25,897 bases of DNA from a virus (lineage: Duplodnaviria > Caudoviricetes). Location: the IMG/VR virus record IMGVR_UViG_3300049810_001502, positions 1-25,897 of that record; one strand, given 5' to 3'. Positions 8,701-14,975 of the stretch are shown here, one piece after another. The notes under the pieces were generated by a model, which was not told the DNA's origin, made no database searches, and saw only the letters and a list, made by a program, of their open reading frames with translations. Made by a program: the position numbers and the translations under genes. The number at the start of each line of letters is the position of its first letter. Position 1 is the first letter of the stretch.

Positions 8701-11292
8701 ACCACCGCCGCCACCTCCTCCGGCTATAGCAACATATCCATTTTTAACGGAATCATATACAGCAGTAGCGCCGCCACCGCCTCCTCCTCCACCAGAGCAT
8801 CCTTGGGGACCACTTCTGCCACCAAATCCACCGGTAGCTACATTAGAACTTCCTCTTGATCCTGCTCCACTATTTGCTACACAACCAAAACCAGATCCAC
8901 CTATAAAACCTATCCTTAATGTAAATGTCCTTGCCGTATAATCATTAAATGTCAAAAGTGCTCTTCTACCAGAACCTCCAGATCCAGCACTACCATTAGC
9001 ATCTGTACCACCCTTGCCACCACTAGCAGCTGCTATATCTGCGGTAACATTAATAGCATAAGATGGAATAATAACAGTAGCATCTGATGTATATGTTGTA
9101 TTTGAATCAGTTGCTGGACCAGGAGGAGGGGTAACATTTATCGCAACACATTGAGTATCACTAATTCCTCCAGGTCCACTAGCAATAGCACAATATTGTG
9201 TAGAATTTGTAGGAGAAACTGTTGCTGTTCCATTTATTGAATTGTTAGTAATTCCCGGAGTTCCTGAAGTCCAATTAACAACATTTGCATCTCCAGTTGT
9301 ATTCCAATTTATGTTAACACTTTGACCCGATACTATAGACGATGCATTAGCAGTTACTACAATTTGTGGTTTGACAGGAACAGTAATTGTTCTACTAGCA
9401 GTCGAAGTTCCTGTAGAATTTGTTGCTGTAAAAGTATAAGTTGTCGTAGTTGTAGGACTTACTGCTACACTACCAAGATTACCAGGGTTAGTAACACCGG
9501 TCATCGTGGTGTTTGTTATATCAAAACCAGACGCAGCCCACGTTAAAATTACAGAATCACCAACAATAATTGTATCATCGGGATCATCTGAAGAAAGACT
9601 TACTGTCGGGGCAAGAATATTAACAACAATTGTTATAGTTGTTGTAGTTGTTCCAGAAGGATTAGTTGCTCTAAAAGTATAAGTTGTCGTAGTTGTAGGA
9701 CTTACTGTTACACTACCGTTAAGTCCAGGATTAGCAACACCAGTCATTGTAGTGCTGCTAATAGCAACATTTGCAGTAGCAGACCAAGTAAGTATTACAG
9801 ATTCTCCTCTCAAAATAGTATTATTAGCATCATTTGAGGTAAGAGATACTACTGGAAGATCATTTAGAACAGTAACTGTTACAGAAGTAGTAGAAGTTCC
9901 ATATGGGTTAGTTGCCGTATACGTATAAGTTGTTGTTACTGTAGGAGCAGGAAAATATACACCACTATTTCCAACACTAGGAATAGGATTAGTTACAACT
10001 CCATTAGCAGTTGCAGTAAAAGTATTGGAAGTTATACCCTCGCCAGTGGCAGAGTATGTAAGCCTCAGACTTTGACCTTTGTAAATGCTAGTAATATTAT
10101 TTGGTGGGGTGCTATAATCAGTTGCAGTTAGACTTACTGTTGGTGGTACTGGAGGAATATATCCAGTCCAATCCATTGCTACACCATATGGACCACCATT
10201 ATTAACATGTTCAATCCGTATAGTATGTTCACCAGCACTAATAATGTCTGCTGTGGTTAAAGAAGTATTGGCGTTATAAGTGTTAAGTGAAAATTGCAAT
10301 ACATTGTCAATGTATACGTCAGCATCATCATCTACAGCTGTATTAAATATTTGTCTTCCAGTATTGTTAAAATCAACTTTCCATTCAATTGATCTAGTAA
10401 CGGTAGTGCCTTCAGGTTCATAACCACCTACGTTAGTATTAGTTAAAAAAGTAGTCCACTGGTTATTTGGATCAGATCCCTGAGATCCTATAATATTATC
10501 AATTTGGGGAGATCTAGTGGTCCAATCAAAATCTTCTGTGACAATTTGATCCTCATATGAAATTGTAACAAAAGAACTATTAGAACTAGAAGTTTCAAGA
10601 GTAGAAGCACTGTTATGATATGAAGGATTGTACAACCCAGCACCACCAGCACCACCAAATCCACTACCATCATTACCACTGACGTAGGCATATCCAGGAG
10701 CAAACAATCCTGTAGTGCCACCAGGAAATCCCCCACCAGCGCCTCCACCGCCGCCATTCCAAGCGCCACCAGAATTCTGTCCAGCAGCACCATTAGATCC
10801 GCCACTAGTGTTAATATCAGAAGATGTCTGACCATTGTCAGCAGCGCCATTGGTACTAAAACAAATACACGCTCCTCCACCGCCTCCACCAGCACCAGCT
10901 AATACAGTACCACCAATACGAATAGCAGTAGCGCCACCTCCACCGCCGCCGCCACCAGCATTCCATCCATTACTACTATCCGAGGAATTATTATTACCAC
11001 CACGTCCACCATTCCAATATCCACCAGCACCATTTCCACCAGTATCTCTATTTCCACCAACTCCCGATCCATTGCCACCCATCGTTAATGTGAGTGTTGA
11101 ACCAGCAACGCCAGTTAAAGTTCCAGATATTTTTTGTCCTCTAGCACCAGCACCACCAGAAGATCGGTTAACACGAGTATTACATGGACCACCAACAGCA
11201 CCTTTACCACCATGAATAATATATGTAACATTAGCAGCATCCGAAGGAATAGCATATGTAGTGCTAGATGTAAACGTTTGAGTGGTTGCCAT
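5713..11292 (-). CDS. Large modular virion/adhesin protein (2 Gly-rich domains, PA14-like, Ig/PKD-like repeats, VWA-like, 2 half-Ig modules)
   Basis: Gly-rich domains at about 10555-11292 and 8404-9099. VDDDADVYIDN at PA14-like position. About 81-aa Thr/Val-rich repeats. DISGS MIDAS-like motif at 6877-6891. D.TPDNLNIP...RQ module occurs twice. Confidence 0.8.
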   Translation of the reverse strand: MATTQTFTSSTTYAIPSDAANVTYIIHGGKGAVGGPCNTRVNRSSGGAGARGQKISGTLTGVAGSTLTLTMGGNGSGVGGNRDTGGNGAGGYWNGGRGGNNNSSDSSNGWNAGGGGGGGGATAIRIGGTVLAGAGGGGGGACICFSTNGAADNGQTSSDINTSGGSNGAAGQNSGGAWNGGGGGAGGGFPGGTTGLFAPGYAYVSGNDGSGFGGAGGAGLYNPSYHNSASTLETSSSNSSFVTISYEDQIVTEDFDWTTRSPQIDNIIGSQGSDPNNQWTTFLTNTNVGGYEPEGTTVTRSIEWKVDFNNTGRQIFNTAVDDDADVYIDNVLQFSLNTYNANTSLTTADIISAGEHTIRIEHVNNGGPYGVAMDWTGYIPPVPPTVSLTATDYSTPPNNITSIYKGQSLRLTYSATGEGITSNTFTATANGVVTNPIPSVGNSGVYFPAPTVTTTYTYTATNPYGTSTTSVTVTVLNDLPVVSLTSNDANNTILRGESVILTWSATANVAISSTTMTGVANPGLNGSVTVSPTTTTTYTFRATNPSGTTTTTITIVVNILAPTVSLSSDDPDDTIIVGDSVILTWAASGFDITNTTMTGVTNPGNLGSVAVSPTTTTTYTFTATNSTGTSTASRTITVPVKPQIVVTANASSIVSGQSVNINWNTTGDANVVNWTSGTPGITNNSINGTATVSPTNSTQYCAIASGPGGISDTQCVAINVTPPPGPATDSNTTYTSDATVIIPSYAINVTADIAAASGGKGGTDANGSAGSGGSGRRALLTFNDYTARTFTLRIGFIGGSGFGCVANSGAGSRGSSNVATGGFGGRSGPQGCSGGGGGGGGATAVYDSVKNGYVAIAGGGGGGGGASWNRNATNGGAGTGMFTGNINSISGGSTGSSCPTDGGGGGGGGGGASGGSGGAFGLDNNYGGRGGNGGRSAYDSSYCSFTNNTGTSNFGNGFVIVKWNIGAPTIDSFTINPSPIIAGEKATLTWTSTNSLFGSINNGVNAVNVPNGSIDVYPPDDRTYTLTVTGYGGLTDTATVSIVVYIPPVIIISTNKIEMMLGSVANLSWVTTGDADNIVWVSGGITNSNLSSNSNVSPTTTTSYAAYVSGLGGTSDVSSVSVVVYYFPTVEVDYPTNILYGQQGNIEVTTRYATESVTITPTYTYDFVGSTTASAANLSVNDSAESTGIENTDIYTTTIPYDDRGPLSVTYVVRATGKLGTFQEEVITIPIIIDDTPDNLNIPESVDLIKDQQPIYTPPDVEVLTDLLLIDDVDIKVEVKSDYPIQIDLNQQNEWYDIRQIGTPPYVQGSSVGGNSLPTESGVYLIKPNSDPVSIDEEFNVKSSNITAVDFAKLVTCVSVIDETNNSYYNNQSNLNNVWAGSAIIGGAVNNRRGFRTAFPYRTFYILDPQASGQGGIDVPTAYPADPNAIGPIRVNRDEGNAGNRSDWFAICNFGSLPYGTIVSIWIDISGSMRLSTVQASYNYFLTRCANAGIEIVLSLSAAGERYIEGHIVYLPPSANFTVNNTTNIVTIIQGQSVTLDWVAFGDLNTLNIAPGVLSNATTFSNFVSSAVVFPQSNTTYLLTATGPAGSTTRQVTVNVLIPPTLQISANKTTIIVGTCANISWGYTGDASTITWTTGTITNGNLTSSSQVCPTDTTTYCAFLDGVAGQSPVTCITINVKQIPTASLTVPNEVDYGNNFNIQYNTQYANTSISITPTYTYLNGTTTTGTSINRTPATGAELGDPDSQTKANGTVPITVPWSNFGPSQISFSIDVVGEGGTANDVKLTTVNIDQTPDNLNIPDSDELLKAQEPVFSPEGDILSELILIDDIDVDIEIKANYPIKVDTNQENDYKDVRQL

Positions 11293-12083
11293 TTTAGATC
11301 TGCCTTACTTTTGTCCAATCATTATCTTGATTGAGATCAACTTGAATAGGATAATTTGATTTAATCTCTACTTTAATATCAATATCATCAATTAAAATCA
11401 AATCAGATAAAACTTCCACCGCTGGTGAGACAACTGGTGTTTGATCTTTTAACAAATCCTCGCTATCAGGAATATTTAGATTATCTGGAGTATCATCAAT
11501 AATAATTGGAATAGTAACTACTTCTTCTTGGAAGTTGCCTAATTTACCTGTTGCTCTAATTACGTATGTAACACTTAGTGGTCCCCTATCATTATAAGGT
11601 ATTGTTGTAGTATATGCTGTAGTAGATTGAGTTCCACCAATTTCAGCACTGTCATTAACAGGCAAATTAACTACAGAACCCGTAGATGATCCAACAAAAT
11701 CATAATTATATGTTGGTGTTATTTTTATAGAATCTGTAGCATATTTTGTGGTAACATCAATAGTTCCCTGGTTATTATATACTAAATTGGTTGGAGAATC
11801 TACAGATAATTGTACTGGTTGATAAACAACAACAGTTACACTACCGGTATCTGTTCCACCAACACCAGAAACTCGACCCGTATATATTGTAGTATCTGAT
11901 GGAGTTACATTTGAATTGCTATTCAAATTTCCATTAGTAAGACCACCAGATAACCAAGTTAAAGTAGGAGTCCAATTTAATCCACCACCATCGCCACTAA
12001 CAGTCCAAGAAATATTGGCAGTGCTGCCAAGCATCATTTCCGTTTTATTAGTAGAAATACTAAAAATAGGAGGAATGTAAACC
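7390..12083 (-). repeat. Duplicated ~260-codon stalk module (7390-~8165 and 11297-~12083; diverged third copy 5716-~6495)
   Basis: Shared peptides VYIPP...STNK.EMMLGS.AN.SW, TPTY.YDFVGS, TTIPY.DRGPLSVTYV.RATGKLG.FQEEV.TIPIIIDDTPDNLNIP, with visible DNA similarity. Confidence 0.9.
9429..9717. repeat. Intragenic direct repeat, 36 nt exact (46 nt with 1 mismatch), period 243 nt
   Basis: taaaagtataagttgtcgtagttgtaggacttactg at 9429-9464 and 9672-9707, encoding the VSPTTTTTYTF segment of adjacent Ig-like repeats. Confidence 0.9.
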
Positions 12084-12781
12084 GTTAAAGTTTTTGTGAC
12101 TGACTTATTTGTAATATTATAATAAGTTGCAGACAAAGTACGACTAATAGTATTATTAGGACTATAGTTCAAACTACCAGATGCTCCAACATTACCTTGA
12201 CCAGTTAAAGTTCTGGATGTAGAATTACTAACTGACCAAGATAATGTAGATGTTTGTCCTCTCTTAATAGCAGTAGGATTGAAATTTAAAGTAACACTTG
12301 GCGTTGGATATACACAAGTTCCATTATCAACATCTGCGTTTGGATTATAGTTTGTAGCACGAGAGTCTGTACATCCAGGAACAGGCGGGGGTGGAATATA
12401 TCCAACCCAATCTATAGCAATACCCCAAGGTCCACCACCACTGTTAATAGATGTAGCACTAAGAGTATATGTACCCGGACCATAGTAATTTGCGGTAGTG
12501 ACTAAACTTTGTCCCCCAAATCCACCCATTCCCATTTCATAGTTGCCATTAATATAAATCGCCCCACTATCATCCACATTAGCATAGAATCGTTGTCTGC
12601 CATAATTTGCAAAAGTAATAGTCCAAGAATATGTTCTATTGATGCCCCCACCAGAACCACCAGGATCCCTGCCCCCAATATTATAAGTGTTCATGAAATT
12701 AGACCAATTAGGCTCATAAAATGTGCCGTTAAATCCTTGGTTATTAGGAGATCTACTTGTAAAACTAGAATCTTGGGTCAT
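11294..12781 (-). CDS. Modular virion protein, paralog of the 1,859-aa protein (PA14-like, GCTD motif, Ig-like, half-Ig module)
   Basis: N-terminal domain NVDDSGAIYINGN...GGGPWGIAIDW.GYIPP matches the downstream gene. Contains GCTDSRATNYNPNADVDNGTC and the shared C-terminal module. Confidence 0.8.
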   Translation of the reverse strand: MTQDSSFTSRSPNNQGFNGTFYEPNWSNFMNTYNIGGRDPGGSGGGINRTYSWTITFANYGRQRFYANVDDSGAIYINGNYEMGMGGFGGQSLVTTANYYGPGTYTLSATSINSGGGPWGIAIDWVGYIPPPPVPGCTDSRATNYNPNADVDNGTCVYPTPSVTLNFNPTAIKRGQTSTLSWSVSNSTSRTLTGQGNVGASGSLNYSPNNTISRTLSATYYNITNKSVTKTLTVYIPPIFSISTNKTEMMLGSTANISWTVSGDGGGLNWTPTLTWLSGGLTNGNLNSNSNVTPSDTTIYTGRVSGVGGTDTGSVTVVVYQPVQLSVDSPTNLVYNNQGTIDVTTKYATDSIKITPTYNYDFVGSSTGSVVNLPVNDSAEIGGTQSTTAYTTTIPYNDRGPLSVTYVIRATGKLGNFQEEVVTIPIIIDDTPDNLNIPDSEDLLKDQTPVVSPAVEVLSDLILIDDIDIKVEIKSNYPIQVDLNQDNDWTKVRQI

Positions 12782-12783
12782 TT

Positions 12784-13671
12784 TTAGAACTTAATAATAT
12801 ATTCTACAAGAATAAATGGTGTAACCAACTGATCTAATTTTTCGTCATTACTAACATCAATGTCAACCCTAGCAAGTACTCCAGACATATCAATATCTTT
12901 TTGTGGATATGAATAAGTAAAATTACTAGTATATGCTATTGGTTTTTCAACTCTGTGGTCATGAATAGATTCTCTACCAGATTCAAAAGTAAAATCAGTT
13001 TGATTACCAGCACCACTATTTGCTAATCTTAGCGCATTATCTTTACCACCTTCTCCACCTACTTGATGACTAGTACTATAGTTTAAATATGTTTGATTTG
13101 CCCGATGAAGATGTCCCTGAAAATTTTCAATATTTAATTCAGTTTCAGAAGTATTTCGGTCTAATTTATATCTAGGATTGCCCAACATATTGAGTGTCCC
13201 ACTGGCAGTAACACGAGCAGATCCTATATAATTCGCGCTAATTTGACTGCCAAAATTACTGATAACTTCAATTTGTGGTCCAACTCTATTTGTTGTAGCA
13301 GCATTTAAATCTTCCCTGTCTACAAAATCATTATTATATGCTCCAGTTCCTCTACCACCAATAATTACCTTAGATCCCAAATCAGGCAATTGAAACTGCC
13401 CCAAATCATTAATAGAAGGATCAGCGTTTCTAACCTGTGAAATTTCTCTTTTAAATCTACACTGATCTCCAACACCAACGACTCTAGATAATGCCAAAAA
13501 ATCTTTTGCCAATAAAACAGATCCATCACACTTCAAATACCCCGCTGGAATATTTTCTTTAAATTGGGCAGTAGTGGGGTCGTTAGATGAAGAAATTGCT
13601 GGAGTAGTATGCACTAATATACTACCAACACATCCTCCATATTTTGATCTTTCGTATGTGTAATTTGCCAT
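12784..13671 (-). CDS. Tail-collar domain protein (short tail fibre-like)
   Basis: VGSIL...IPAGYLKCDGS.....F.AL..V.G...FQLPDL...VIIG. HLH and HDH motifs. C-terminal EYIIKF. Confidence 0.85.
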   Translation of the reverse strand: MANYTYERSKYGGCVGSILVHTTPAISSSNDPTTAQFKENIPAGYLKCDGSVLLAKDFLALSRVVGVGDQCRFKREISQVRNADPSINDLGQFQLPDLGSKVIIGGRGTGAYNNDFVDREDLNAATTNRVGPQIEVISNFGSQISANYIGSARVTASGTLNMLGNPRYKLDRNTSETELNIENFQGHLHRANQTYLNYSTSHQVGGEGGKDNALRLANSGAGNQTDFTFESGRESIHDHRVEKPIAYTSNFTYSYPQKDIDMSGVLARVDIDVSNDEKLDQLVTPFILVEYIIKF

Positions 13672-13672
13672 T

Positions 13673-14971
13673 TTAGTATGCTCGGATGATGTATATACAT
13701 GTCATAGACGGTTGACTAGTGTTCATACTAATCTGTAGTGCTGCAACATTTGAAGCATTATCTAGATTGGTGGTAGCGGGAATATTGACATCAGCAACCA
13801 ATGTAGATTGTGGTTTTAAACTATTTTGATCGTATAGAACTGTAATTGGTTCATGATCATGAGCATCAACATTTGCTTGTGCGCCACCACCAGTATCAGT
13901 AATAAAACTAGATCCAGGATTACTTAGTAATGTGCCATAGTTTCCAGCAGCTGGCGTATCTTCGTAATAATTAGTAAATCCTGCAGGAATATTAGTATTA
14001 CCACCACCAGACGCAAAAGGAACCGAATTAGCTCCATTGCCGCCCAAAACAGGATAATCATAATTAATAGCTTGAGCAAGAGAAGTTTGAGTAACTCTTT
14101 GTGGTGATAAGTTAATAGGTGGATTTTCACCACTAACTCTCATAACAGTTCTTCCTGGGTCTCCACTACCAAATCCACTAAAATTACCAAAAGATCCCCA
14201 GTTGCCCCCTCCAGCTAACTCAACATTACCTTTTTTAAATCCTTCGTGTCCAAGTCGAACAGAGTCAACAACACCATCATCAAATCTACTACCAAAAAAT
14301 GATGGCGCTTCATCAATAGCAGCATAATTAAATGTTGCCGTTATATTATCATAAGGTACAACACCTAATCCAGGTCTTTGATTTGTTTGTGTTCCAGCAC
14401 TACCAAGACCACCAGTTACAGTTTCATAAATTCCACTATGACCATGTGCTCTGACGTGAGTATGTCCTAATTTTCTACCACCAATAAATATAGATTTTTC
14501 CCCTTCACCATCTATAATATTGTTACCTCTAACATTTCCAGAATATCCAGTTCTCTCATTTAATGTGAAAATTACATCAGTATATACATTATTCCAAGCA
14601 GCATTCACTCCATTATCAGTATTTTGTCCAATATATGGAGAAATTAAATTACCAGCATCAGGATCATTATCTCTGTCAGCAGTTAATGATCCAAAATAAG
14701 ATTGTTCAATGTCCATCAACATTTTACCACCAACTAAATTAGGTAGTGTAAAATTACCAGTATATCCTGGAAATCCTCCTCCTAAATTAGTCGTTCCAGA
14801 ATTATAAGTATCCCCAATTGCTTGCACAAGTAAAGGATACTCATTTGCTGGTGGTTGAGTTCCATCACAAATAATCCAACCTTTTGGTATATTACTGACA
14901 GGTCCAGACCATGGCATGATGGTGCCAATAACGGCACCTTTCATGGTTCTTGTTTCTTGATAGAAAGGCAT
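13673..14971 (-). CDS. Tail-collar domain protein (short tail fibre-like)
   Basis: IGTIMPWSG....IPKGWIICDG......YP.L...IG.TY...F.LPNL.G. HTH, HGH and HDH motifs. C-terminal QPSM...YIIRAY. Confidence 0.88.
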   Translation of the reverse strand: MPFYQETRTMKGAVIGTIMPWSGPVSNIPKGWIICDGTQPPANEYPLLVQAIGDTYNSGTTNLGGGFPGYTGNFTLPNLVGGKMLMDIEQSYFGSLTADRDNDPDAGNLISPYIGQNTDNGVNAAWNNVYTDVIFTLNERTGYSGNVRGNNIIDGEGEKSIFIGGRKLGHTHVRAHGHSGIYETVTGGLGSAGTQTNQRPGLGVVPYDNITATFNYAAIDEAPSFFGSRFDDGVVDSVRLGHEGFKKGNVELAGGGNWGSFGNFSGFGSGDPGRTVMRVSGENPPINLSPQRVTQTSLAQAINYDYPVLGGNGANSVPFASGGGNTNIPAGFTNYYEDTPAAGNYGTLLSNPGSSFITDTGGGAQANVDAHDHEPITVLYDQNSLKPQSTLVADVNIPATTNLDNASNVAALQISMNTSQPSMTCIYIIRAY

Positions 14972-14975
14972 TTTC

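Noticed and set aside
9429-9717. CRISPR array or DGR template/variable repeat pair
   Set aside because: There are only two copies, in frame within protein repeats, with no spacer array, no pattern of multiple adenine-specific mismatches and no reverse transcriptase in the window.
8519-11215. Pro-rich plus-strand ORFs (8519-8941, 10835-11215)
   Set aside because: They are antisense shadows of Gly codon runs (GGN read as NCC/CCN) in the real gene.
8404-11292. Collagen-like fibre as substrate for prolyl hydroxylases
   Set aside because: The Gly-rich segments are polyglycine runs, not sustained Gly-X-Y triplets.
14484-14490. ATAAATA on the plus strand
   Set aside because: It is antisense, inside a gene, with no plus-strand gene downstream, and is expected by chance in AT-rich DNA.
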